Assembly (NCBI GenBank): GCA_033551855.1
Contig: JAWSUI010000004.1
Location: 57,243 to 121,242, forward strand
DNA from: Deferrisomatales bacterium
Lineage (GTDB): Bacteria; Desulfobacterota; Deferrisomatia; Deferrisomatales; JACRMM01
Reading direction: 5' to 3'
DNA: 64,000 bases
Positions 55,928 through 64,000 of the stretch are shown here, in pieces; positions within the stretch are counted from its first letter, which is position 1; the number at the start of each line of letters is the position of its first letter. Below the pieces are notes generated by a model, which saw only the letters and a list, made by a program, of their open reading frames with translations, had not been told where the DNA came from and did no database searches. The translations under genes were made by a program, and so were the position numbers.

Positions 55928-55995
55928 GCGCCCGGCGCTCGTGAGGGGGCGGTCCGCCGGTCCCCGGTCCCCGCTTACGGGTCACCGATCACCGC

Positions 55996-56535
55996 TCAGG
56001 CGCCCGCGGCGCAGGCTCGGTGTTCAGGGCCCCCCGGCCGGCTCTCCAGGTAACGCCGGAGGGCCTCCAGCCCGTCGGGGGTGAAGGGGCTGGTCTCCGC
56101 GGCGGCGAGGACGTCGGCCAGCGGGAGGAACCGGCCGCTCTCGACTTCCTCCTCCTGGAGGGTCAGGGGAGCGTCGGTGACGCAGGAATACACGCGCCCC
56201 CACACCCGGTTCCCCCCGTCCTCGTGGTAGAAGTCCAGGTGAGGCACGAGGGGCACGCCGCGAACGCCCAACTCCTCCTCGACCTCCCGCGCGGCCCCCT
56301 CGTCGTACTCCTCCCCGGCGAGGACCACGCCCCCGGCCGCGACATCGTCGTGGGACGGGTAGACGTCCTTGGAGGCCGTGCGCCTCTGGACGAAGAGCTC
56401 CCCGCGGGAGTTGAAGACGAGCACGTACGTGGCCCGGTGGGGCAGGCGACGGGCCCGCATCTCCCGCCGCGTCGCCGAGCCTGCCACCCGGTTTTCGAGA
56501 TCGACGATCGTCACCCGTTCTTCGGGAGAACCCAC
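55996..56535 (-). CDS. NUDIX hydrolase (YfcD/IDI-like)
   Basis: HRATYVLVFN, QRRTASK, GGVVLAGEEYDEGAAREVEEELG Nudix box. Confidence 0.9.
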   Translation of the reverse strand: MGSPEERVTIVDLENRVAGSATRREMRARRLPHRATYVLVFNSRGELFVQRRTASKDVYPSHDDVAAGGVVLAGEEYDEGAAREVEEELGVRGVPLVPHLDFYHEDGGNRVWGRVYSCVTDAPLTLQEEEVESGRFLPLADVLAAAETSPFTPDGLEALRRYLESRPGGPEHRACAAGA

Positions 56536-56624
56536 CGCGGCGCGCTCCGGTTCGAGGGGCGGTCACGGACCGCCGGGAAGGAGGCTCAGGGTAGCACGGG
56601 GGGGCGATTCGCGCGAAGAGGCCG

Positions 56625-56834
56625 TCAGTGGGTGGCGGTGCGGGTGCCGCCGGCGGTGCCGAAGGATTCGAAGGCCTCCGTCACGAGGTGCTGGGCGGCC
56701 TGGCGAGCCATGGCCTGGTGGAGGCGGTCGATGTAGTGGAGAAGCGCTTGGATGTCCGCGCGCATCTGGCGTTCCGTGAACCCACACGGTTCGTCCGCGT
56801 ATCGGTCTCGGATGTCCCGGTAGCGCATCGACAT
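56625..56834 (-). CDS. Small hypothetical protein
   Basis: RBS AAGGAGG; helical 69-aa ORF. Confidence 0.6.
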   Translation of the reverse strand: MSMRYRDIRDRYADEPCGFTERQMRADIQALLHYIDRLHQAMARQAAQHLVTEAFESFGTAGGTRTATH

Positions 56835-56997
56835 GGAAGGCCTCCTTGCCGCGGTGTCGCCAGCGTCCGCACTGGCCCCCGGTCGCTGGGCACTGATCGG
56901 GCCAGGGGGCGGCCCACTTTAGCCCCTGCGCGGGATTGCCGGGTCGTCTCTCCCTCCGGCGCATGCCTCGCCCGCGTGCCGCCCCGGAGGGCCGCGC

Positions 56998-57026
56998 TTG
57001 ACGCACACCTCCCCCCATGCCACTAT
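56998..57026 (+). promoter_or_regulatory. sigma70-like promoter of tRNA-Arg
   Basis: TTGACG-N17-CACTAT. Confidence 0.65.
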
Positions 57027-57039
57027 CACCCCCTCTCCC

Positions 57040-57116
57040 GCGCCCGTAGCTCAGTTGGATAGAGCGTCGGACTTCGAATCCGCAGGTCGCACGTTCGAGT
57101 CGTGCCGGGCGCGCCA
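57040..57116 (+). tRNA. tRNA-Arg (anticodon UCG)
   Basis: GCGCCCG/CGGGCGC acceptor stem, TAGCTCAGTTGGATAGAGC D-arm, CT-TCG-AA loop, GTTCGAGT T-arm, CCA. Confidence 0.95.
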
Positions 57117-57124
57117 ATAAAATC

Positions 57125-57158
57125 AAGGGGTTACGCGGTCGTCGCGTAGCCCCTTTTC
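57125..57158 (+). terminator. Intrinsic terminator after tRNA-Arg
   Basis: aaggggttacgcg-gtcgt-cgcgtagcccctttt. Confidence 0.75.
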
Positions 57159-57295
57159 GGCCTCTTCTGCCCTGTTTCTACCCACGGCGCGGGTCTCGGC
57201 GGCCCAAACTTCCCGCTACGGAAAGGGCTCTTCAGCAGGCAGCCGTAGGACGCGAAGCGGGGGAAGCAGGGTAGGGGTAGGGGGCGATCGGATGC

Positions 57296-57491
57296 CGAGG
57301 GCGAAAGGGGATGAGACCGGTCGCGCCGTGGGCTCAGCCCAAGCCCCAGGATGGGTCTGGCTTTCCACCGAAAACCGAGGTAGAAACGCCCCCAAGGGGG
57401 TGCTCGTGCGATCGACTTCCGGAGCGGTCTCGAGCTGGGCTCATCCTGGGGAGGCGTTCACGGCCCTCTCCCGCACTCTCTGTCGCCCTCG
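57296..57491 (+). ncRNA. Candidate structured RNA (nested rod with many G-U pairs)
   Basis: Nested stems 57296-57304/57483-57491, 57325-57333/57456-57464 and 57344-57362/57433-57451. Confidence 0.4.
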
Positions 57492-57539
57492 CTCCCCCGT
57501 CCCGGCCGCCGGGGTCTGCCAGACAGACCCCACGAAAGA

Positions 57540-57748
57540 GGTTCCTCCGGCAAACGACCGGGTGGGCCCGCCCACTCCGGCAGACGAGGCCGGGCTGCAC
57601 GGTAGGTGTTCTCCCCCGCCGCGTCCGGAATCCTCGCGACATCGCGACTCCCGAAGCGGCTGCTCACGTCGAGCGGCCGTCCGCCTACGTGGTCGGGCCC
57701 ACCCGATCGTCCCCGGAGACGAGTACCCGGTCATTCCCCGGATGAGCC
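57540..57748 (-). mobile_element. Repeat family A, 209-bp MITE-like element
   Basis: Inverted near-identical copy of 14140-14348. Confidence 0.75.
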
Positions 57749-57960
57749 ACAAGAGAACCCCCGGAGACCCGAGCGCCATTGCCGAAGCGGCCCCGCTCAA
57801 CAGGTTGTATCCGGAATGCCGGCTCCTCAGCACCCTGCACCTGGCCACGGTCGCCGACCGTCACGGCCCTCCCTCCGTGTCCGCGGAACGGCACTCCGGA
57901 TGGAGCGCTATCCGTTGATCCAGTAAGATGAACGGCGCAGAACCATAAAGGAGAGAGCGG

Positions 57961-58170
57961 ATGAGAACCTACACCGCAGTGGTGGAAAAGTGTTCAGACA
58001 CGGGTCTGTACGTCGGGTACGTGCCTGGTTTTCCGGGCGCACACTCGCAAGGTGAGACCATGGACGAACTAGGCGAGAATCTCAAAGAGGTAATAGAGAT
58101 GCTGCTCGAGGAGGGCGAGCCGAGGCTGGAGGCCGAATTCGTGGGCACCCAGAACGTCGTGGTCGCGTAG
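57961..58170 (+). CDS. hicB: HicB family antitoxin (short, no DNA-binding domain)
   Basis: YVGYVPGFPGAHSQGETMDEL..NLKEVIE. Confidence 0.92.
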   Translation: MRTYTAVVEKCSDTGLYVGYVPGFPGAHSQGETMDELGENLKEVIEMLLEEGEPRLEAEFVGTQNVVVA

Positions 58171-58172
58171 CC

Positions 58173-58397
58173 ATGGGCGATGTTCCCGTCCTCAAGCCAT
58201 CAGAGGTGATTGCGATACTCGAGCGCCTGGGGTTCCATGAGGTGAGGCAGAGGGGCGGTCACAAGCAGTTCAGACACGTGGACGGTCGGGGAACCACCGT
58301 ACCCTTTCACCAAGGGCGTGACATCTCTCCCATCCTCCTCCGCCAGATCGCGCGAGACATCGGCATGACGGTTCGCGAGATGCTCAAGCATGGGTGA
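58173..58397 (+). CDS. hicA: HicA family toxin
   Basis: LERLGFHEVRQRGGHKQFRH...TTVPFH...LLRQI. Confidence 0.92.
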   Translation: MGDVPVLKPSEVIAILERLGFHEVRQRGGHKQFRHVDGRGTTVPFHQGRDISPILLRQIARDIGMTVREMLKHG

Positions 58398-58400
58398 GAG

Positions 58401-58466
58401 GGCGAACCCCGGCACTCAGGCGGACAGGCGCTGGCGCGCGTGTCCCCCGGATGACGCACGTTAAGT
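58401..58466 (+). other. Degenerate integron attC-like site
   Basis: GGCGAAC...GTTAAGT (GTTRRRY) 4 nt after the hicA stop, with an internal GGACA/TGTCC stem. Confidence 0.45.
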
Positions 58467-59410
58467 GTGAAGAACCTGAAGACCTCATCATAGCTGCCCG
58501 ACAGACTGACTGCGATGGCGTACAGAGTCCGCTGCGCTGGAGACCCGACGTCACCGAACGTGGACCTGCTCCGCCCAGTGCACAGTTTCGGTGGTGCCGG
58601 CGCGCCAATAGTTACGAGATTCGCCCCTGCCTCATGTAGACATCTTGTAGACGGGGAGGGTGATACTCGGCAGTAAAGGGAGCATCCCAGCTCCCACCCC
58701 TTCGGCTCCCTCGCGCGGCAAGGCTGCCCCCCCGGCCTGCCCGCTTGGGGGCCGATCTCTTCTCGGGGACCAGGCGCACCACGCGGCCCGATCCTTCCCG
58801 CTACGGAACGGGCTCTTCGGCCGGCCAACCGGGGGACACCAGGGGGGGTTACCAGGGCAGGCGAGGGGAGAAGCCACGGAAGGAGATCGGGGTCGCGTGC
58901 GTCCCGCGAGGACCCTCCCGGGGAAGGGGGAGTGTGACGCTCCCTCTTGCTGCGTTGTATAGGCTCCGCAGAGGGCAAAGGAAACTGCCCTGCACGCGGC
59001 GGTCGGCCGGTTGGGGAAAGGGAGCCGCTTCCCGCCACCTCGCGCCTCCCGGTGCCGAGGCAACCGTCGGACAGGGCACGGCGCTCCATCCCCGTCACCC
59101 TCAGGGAAGAAGGAGGAACCATGAACGGACCTTCGCGGCCGACGATTTGGGAACCGAAGTACCATCTCTCCCGGCCGGGGCGGGGTGCGGAGCTCCCCGG
59201 GTGCGCGTTTGCGGCACCGTGCGGGGCAGAGGGTTAGGCACGGACCGTGCAGACCCCTCTGGCCCATCATCCGCGTCCCACCGGGGCGCGCGACCAGACG
59301 ATGTTTCGAGTGCCGCCACGGCAGCGAAACCGCCGAAAACCGGCCTTTGGAACTGGTGTGCCGAGATCGTCGACGGAAGAACACAACCCTGTCACTCATG
59401 GAGGAAGACG

Positions 59411-60325
59411 ATGAAACGCTTCAAGACTTCGTCTCTGTTGATTCTCGCGGCCGCCCTGGCGGCTCTCGTCGCGTGCGGCGTCGACAGCGGCAGTGACGGC
59501 CCGACGGGCACCGTGCAGCTGGCCTTGACCGATGCGGTGGACCACAACTTCAGCGAAGTGGTCGTGGCGATCAAGGAGGTGCGTGCCGTCCCCGCCGGCG
59601 CCGAAGGGGCCGGGGAAGGGGGCTTGCCCCTGATCGTCGCGTACGAGCCCCCGCTGATCGTCGACGTCCTCGAGCTCGCCTACCAGCAGCAGTTCTTGGG
59701 GGAAGCGGTCGTGCCCGCCGGGGACTATTCCCAGCTCCGGTTGGTTCTGGAGGCGAACGGCCCACCGTCTCCGGTCAACTATATCGTCCTCGCCGACGAC
59801 CCCACCGGGGTGAAGATCCCGATCGACACGCCCAGCGGCCAGCAGTCCGGGCTCAAGGTGGTAGGGAAGTTCACGGTCGGCGCGGGCGAAATCACCGCGG
59901 TCGTGCTCGATTTCGATCCGGCGCGGGCGATCGTCGAGGCGGGTCAGAGCGGCACGTGGGTCTTCAAGCCGACGGGGATACGGGTCGTCCAATCCGTCGA
60001 GATCCTCTCCGCTTACGGGGCGATCACCGGCGTCGTGGCGCAGGCGGTGGAGGGTGATCCGGGTGAGCCTTCCCCGGCCCCGGCCCCGGTCACCGAGGCG
60101 ACGGTGTACGCGATCCCGGTCGGCGGCACGGCGGCCGTCGCGGCAGGGCAGGTCAGCACCGAGGACGGCTCGTTCCGCCTCCTCCTGCCGCCCGGCGCCT
60201 ACGAGTTGCAGGCGACGGCCCCCGGTTTCCAAGAGTTTGTGTCTTCCAGTAGTTTAACCGTAGTGACCGGGGCGGACACCGACGCCGGGGTCATTCTCCT
60301 CGAACCGATCCCCACCACCCCGTAG
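59411..60325 (+). CDS. DUF4382 domain lipoprotein with carboxypeptidase-regulatory-like C-domain
   Basis: Lipobox LVAC; LALTDA, PSGQQSGLK, LDFD, FKP; LPPGAYELQATAPGF. Confidence 0.85.
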   Translation: MKRFKTSSLLILAAALAALVACGVDSGSDGPTGTVQLALTDAVDHNFSEVVVAIKEVRAVPAGAEGAGEGGLPLIVAYEPPLIVDVLELAYQQQFLGEAVVPAGDYSQLRLVLEANGPPSPVNYIVLADDPTGVKIPIDTPSGQQSGLKVVGKFTVGAGEITAVVLDFDPARAIVEAGQSGTWVFKPTGIRVVQSVEILSAYGAITGVVAQAVEGDPGEPSPAPAPVTEATVYAIPVGGTAAVAAGQVSTEDGSFRLLLPPGAYELQATAPGFQEFVSSSSLTVVTGADTDAGVILLEPIPTTP

Positions 60326-60333
60326 AACCTCCG

Positions 60334-60373
60334 GCGAAGGCGGACCGCCCCGCGGCGGTCCGCCTTCGCTTTC
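60334..60373. terminator. Strong hairpin between convergent genes
   Basis: gcgaaggcggaccgcc-ccgc-ggcggtccgccttcgc-tttc. Confidence 0.7.
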
Positions 60374-60592
60374 CCGCGCGGGATCGATGCCCCCGACGGT
60401 CTGCGCTCTCTCTCCGCCCGCGTCCCCGAGGTGCCCCCCCGCAGAACGTCACCGCGATACGGGACCGGCGGGACTGCCGATCTACCTCCGGTCAGGCGAA
60501 ACACCCTGCCGTGGTTCTGGCTTGCCGCAATCCGTTTCCGCGCGCACCCGCGACAACGCCGCCGCCGCGGGGGGAGGGCCCGTTGCGTCCGG

Positions 60593-61120
60593 CTACTTCC
60601 TGCGCGTGTACGCGAGCTCCATGGTCCGCGCGCCCTCCGGCCGCATCCCGTAGTCGCGAATCTCGAACCGGTGGTGGTCGGCGTCTTCCAAGTGGGTGAG
60701 GTACCCCATCAGCTTGTCCTGCTCCCCCGTCACCGGGTCGTTGGCCACCCCGAAGAGCGCGAGGGTGCCGCCCTCGGCGTCCAGGTTGCCCTCCATGGTG
60801 AGGAGCGCGGTGCCCAAGCTGTCGCACCACACGGCCACGTACTTCTTCTTGAGGTTGTCGTACCCCGTGACACCGTAGCCCTGGAAGGGCCTGCCCATCA
60901 TCTCCATCCGGACCTCGTCCTGAATCCACAGCCCCGGCAGCAGCCAGCGGGTCTCCACGGTGCCGCGGCTCTCCGAGATGGGGCCCTCGGGGCCCTCCAT
61001 CCAGAGGCGGCCCTGGACGTCCCAGCTCCCCACCATCCGGCCCAGGAGCTCGTGGGGCTTGCCCGGCGTCCCCGCCGCGACCCACGCTTTCATCATGGCC
61101 TCTCGCTGCTTCTCGTCCAT
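60593..61120 (-). CDS. DUF1579 domain protein
   Basis: PGKPHELL..MVGSW, GYDNLKKKYVAVWCDS, MELAYTR. Confidence 0.85.
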   Translation of the reverse strand: MDEKQREAMMKAWVAAGTPGKPHELLGRMVGSWDVQGRLWMEGPEGPISESRGTVETRWLLPGLWIQDEVRMEMMGRPFQGYGVTGYDNLKKKYVAVWCDSLGTALLTMEGNLDAEGGTLALFGVANDPVTGEQDKLMGYLTHLEDADHHRFEIRDYGMRPEGARTMELAYTRRK

Positions 61121-61303
61121 CGTCGCCCCTTTCGCTCCCCCTCGGTTCCCCCCGCCAGGGGGATGCGTCAACCCGGAGGGGCCGGACCGCGGTCCGGCCT
61201 CCGGCCCTTGTGGCGGCGGGGCTTGGGGGTATCTTCTCCGGCATGCCTGGGAGGGCGCTTTGTTGCCGGGGCGCAAGGGCCACGCCCGCCGGAGGAGACG
61301 CAC

Positions 61304-61774
61304 ATGATCGGTATCGTCCGCTTCACCCTCAACGGCCGCGCCGTGAACCTCGAGGTCGACGGCGAGAGGCCCCTCCTCTGGGTCCTGCGCACGGACCTCG
61401 GGGCCACGGGCGCCAAGTACGGCTGCGGCGAGGGACACTGCGGCTCCTGCACGGTCCTGGTGGACGGGGCGGCCGTGCTCGCCTGCCAGACCCGCGTGCG
61501 GGACGTGGCGGGGAGGCAGGTGTTGACCATCGAGGGCCTGGAGGCCGACGGTGAGCTCCACCCCCTGCAGCGCGCCTTCGTCGAGCACGGCGCCCTGCAG
61601 TGCGGCTACTGCACCCCCGGCATGATCCTCAAGGCCCACAGCCTCCTCGCCGCCAACCCCCGCCCCACGCAGGGGGACGTGCGCCGCGGGCTGGAGGGGA
61701 ACCTCTGCCGGTGCGGGGCGCACAAGCGGATCGTGGAGGCCGTCCTGGCGGCTTCCCGGGAGACGGGAGGGTGA
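61304..61774 (+). CDS. (2Fe-2S)-binding subunit of a molybdenum hydroxylase (IorA/CoxS-like)
   Basis: GCGEGHCGSCTV, QCGYCTPG, NLCRCG. Confidence 0.94.
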   Translation: MIGIVRFTLNGRAVNLEVDGERPLLWVLRTDLGATGAKYGCGEGHCGSCTVLVDGAAVLACQTRVRDVAGRQVLTIEGLEADGELHPLQRAFVEHGALQCGYCTPGMILKAHSLLAANPRPTQGDVRRGLEGNLCRCGAHKRIVEAVLAASRETGG

Positions 61775-61779
61775 GCGCC

Positions 61780-63936
61780 ATGGGAGACGGCCGAGAGCGG
61801 GGCGGCGCCGGAACCTCCGGGTGGTCGCTGCCCCTCGACCGCCGGGAGTTCCTCCTGCGCGTCGGCGTCCTCGGGGGCGGGATCCTCGTCTACGCCTCCC
61901 TCGGCGCGCCCCCGGCGCGGGCCCGGTTTCGGGAGCGGCGACGCCTGACGGGGCCCCTGCCGGGGGACTTCAACGCCTTCCTGCGCATCGGCGTCGACGG
62001 CAGGGTCGCCTGTTACACCGGCAAGGTCGAGATGGGCCAGGGGATCGACGCGTCCCTCGCCCAGATCCTGGCCGACGAGCTCGACGTCGACTACGGGTCC
62101 ATCGACATGGTGATGGGCGACACCGACCTTTGCCCGTACGACCGGGGGACCTTCGGATCCCTGTCGATCCGCTCCTTCGGGCCCGTCCTGCGGGCGGCCG
62201 CGGCAGAGGCCCGGGCGGTCTTGCTGGAGCTCGCCGCCCGGCACCTCGGGTCGCCCTCCGGCGACCTGACCGTTCAGGGCGGTCTCGTCGTCGACCGGAC
62301 GGTCCCCGGCAAGCGGGTGACCTACGCGGAGCTCACGAAGGGGAGGGTCATCGAGCGGCACGTGGAGCACCGACCGGCCGTCAAGCCGGAGGAGGAGTAC
62401 CGCGTGGCCGGTACGTCCCCGCCGAGCCGTGACCTCCTCGACAAGGTCACGGGCCGCGCCCGCTACGGCGCGGACACGCGGTTGCCGGGGATGCTCTACG
62501 CCAGCATCCTCCGGCCTCCGGCCCACGGCGCCCCGTTGCGATCGGTGGACACTTCGGCGGCAGCGGCGATGGAAGGCGTCCGGGTCGTCGAGGAGGACGG
62601 ACTCGTGGCCGTGCTGCACGCGACACCGGACGGCGCCGCCAAGGCCCTCTCCGCGATCCGGGCCGAGTTCGGGCCGGTTCCCGATACCCCCGACAACCGG
62701 GGGATCTTCGACCACATCCTCAGGACCGCTCCCGCCGGGAACCTGCTGACCGAGAGGGGCTCCCTGGAAGAGGGGAGGAGGCGCGCTGCGAAGGTCTTCG
62801 AGCACACCTACCTCGATCCCTACCTCGCCCACGCGCCCCTGGAGCCCCACGCCTCGACGGCGGTCTTCGACGGGGACCGCGTCACGGTGTGGGCGTCGAC
62901 CCAGAGCCCCTTTCGGGTCCGGGACCGCGTGGGCGAGGCCCTGGGCCTGCCCCCGGAGAAGGTCCGCGTCATTCCGACGGCGGTCGGCGGAGGCTACGGC
63001 GGGAAGAACACGAACATCGAGGCGGAAGAGGCCGCCCGGCTCGCCGCGCGCACCGGTAGGCCGGTCCAGGTCGCCTGGACCCGCGAAGAGGAATTCTTCC
63101 ACGACGATTTCCGGCCGGCAGCGGTGGTCAAGGTCGCCTCCGGACTCGACGGCTCGGGCCGCATCGCGTTCTGGGACTACGCGGTCCACATGGCCGGCGA
63201 CGACGGCGCGCGGACCTTCTACGACGTCCCCCACCTGCGCGAGGTCTCCCACGGCCACTGGCGGGGGAGCCGGGGGGTGCACCCCTTTGCCACCGGCCCC
63301 TGGCGGGCCCCCGCCACCATTACCAACACCTTCGCCCGGGAGGCGCAGACGGACGTCATGGCCGCCGCCGCGGGCGCCGATGCCGTGGCGTTCCGGCTGG
63401 CCCACCTGTCGGACCGGAAGATGCAGGCGGTCCTCACCGCCTGTGCCGCGAAGTTCGGCTGGACGCCGGCCGCGTCCCCGAGCCGAAGAGGCTTCGGGGT
63501 GGCCTGCGGCATCCGGTCCGAGACGTATGTGGTGACCATGGCCGAGGTGACGGTCGATGCCGGGACCGGCGAGGTGCGAGTGGAGCGGGTGGTGTGCGCC
63601 CAGGACATGGGCCTCGCCGTCAACCCCCGGGGGGCTGCCCTGCAGATGGAAGGCTGCCTCACCATGTCTCTGGGCTACACCCTGAGCGAGGAGCTTCGCT
63701 TCCGCGGGGGCGACGTCCTCGACCGGGGCTTCGACACGTACGAGATCCCGCGTTTCTCGCGCGTGCCGAGGATCGAGACCGTCCTCGTGCGGTCCGACGA
63801 CACGCCGGCCAAGGGCGGGGGGGAGCCGGCCATGGTGTGCGTGGGGGCCGCCGTGGCCAACGCGGTTTACGACGCCACGGGGGTGCGGCTCCACCAGCTT
63901 CCCCTGACGCCGGCGCGGGTCAAGGCGGCCCTGTGA
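61780..63936 (+). CDS. Molybdopterin-binding aldehyde/isoquinoline oxidoreductase large subunit (IorB-like), Tat-exported
   Basis: DRREFL Tat motif; KVEMGQG, HAPLEP, GGGYGGK, WRAP, GGGEP. Confidence 0.92.
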   Translation: MGDGRERGGAGTSGWSLPLDRREFLLRVGVLGGGILVYASLGAPPARARFRERRRLTGPLPGDFNAFLRIGVDGRVACYTGKVEMGQGIDASLAQILADELDVDYGSIDMVMGDTDLCPYDRGTFGSLSIRSFGPVLRAAAAEARAVLLELAARHLGSPSGDLTVQGGLVVDRTVPGKRVTYAELTKGRVIERHVEHRPAVKPEEEYRVAGTSPPSRDLLDKVTGRARYGADTRLPGMLYASILRPPAHGAPLRSVDTSAAAAMEGVRVVEEDGLVAVLHATPDGAAKALSAIRAEFGPVPDTPDNRGIFDHILRTAPAGNLLTERGSLEEGRRRAAKVFEHTYLDPYLAHAPLEPHASTAVFDGDRVTVWASTQSPFRVRDRVGEALGLPPEKVRVIPTAVGGGYGGKNTNIEAEEAARLAARTGRPVQVAWTREEEFFHDDFRPAAVVKVASGLDGSGRIAFWDYAVHMAGDDGARTFYDVPHLREVSHGHWRGSRGVHPFATGPWRAPATITNTFAREAQTDVMAAAAGADAVAFRLAHLSDRKMQAVLTACAAKFGWTPAASPSRRGFGVACGIRSETYVVTMAEVTVDAGTGEVRVERVVCAQDMGLAVNPRGAALQMEGCLTMSLGYTLSEELRFRGGDVLDRGFDTYEIPRFSRVPRIETVLVRSDDTPAKGGGEPAMVCVGAAVANAVYDATGVRLHQLPLTPARVKAAL

Positions 63937-64000
63937 GGGCCGGCTGGGGCGACGGTTCGGCCGCGGCAGGGGAGCTCTTTGCCCCGCACCAGTTCCCGGT

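Noticed and set aside
57116..58830. Intact integrative element or prophage at tRNA-Arg
   Set aside because: No integrase, no phage genes and no duplicated tRNA 3' end in the window

Overview
High-GC chromosomal window that looks deltaproteobacterial (Deferrisoma/Desulfobacterota-like; inferred from gene content such as mglBA, a DUF6178-like protein, a REC-PilZ protein and tRNA-Sec). It is mostly housekeeping and transport: SLC13, SSS and MFS transporters, an M16 peptidase pair, selC, crcB-DUF190, cinA, LOG-PBP-GNAT-M20, mglBA, dusB-fis-like, ybeY-dgkA-corC-lnt-prfB (programmed +1 frameshift), DAHP synthase, phosphomannomutase, an AlaA-type aminotransferase, xth, a MacAB-TolC-type exporter, prmA, tRNA-Arg(UCG), hicBA and an IorAB-type molybdoenzyme. 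No prophage, CRISPR array, integrase or transposase was seen. The most striking signals are non-coding or below the ORF-track cut-off. (1) An Ala-run leader peptide with alternative RNA pairings precedes the alanine aminotransferase. (2) A pheL-like Phe/Trp leader with an attenuator precedes DAHP synthase. (3) A stand-alone IF2 C-terminal protein lies downstream of an mglBA operon. (4) A G-U-rich rod-like RNA candidate and an attC-like site flanking hicBA sit next to tRNA-Arg. Also present are a truncated duplicate of the SSS gene with its own promoter, two Asp-to-Glu pseudo-receivers, an in-frame amber codon in prmA and two MITE-like repeat families. All family calls come from motif recognition by eye; no searches were run.
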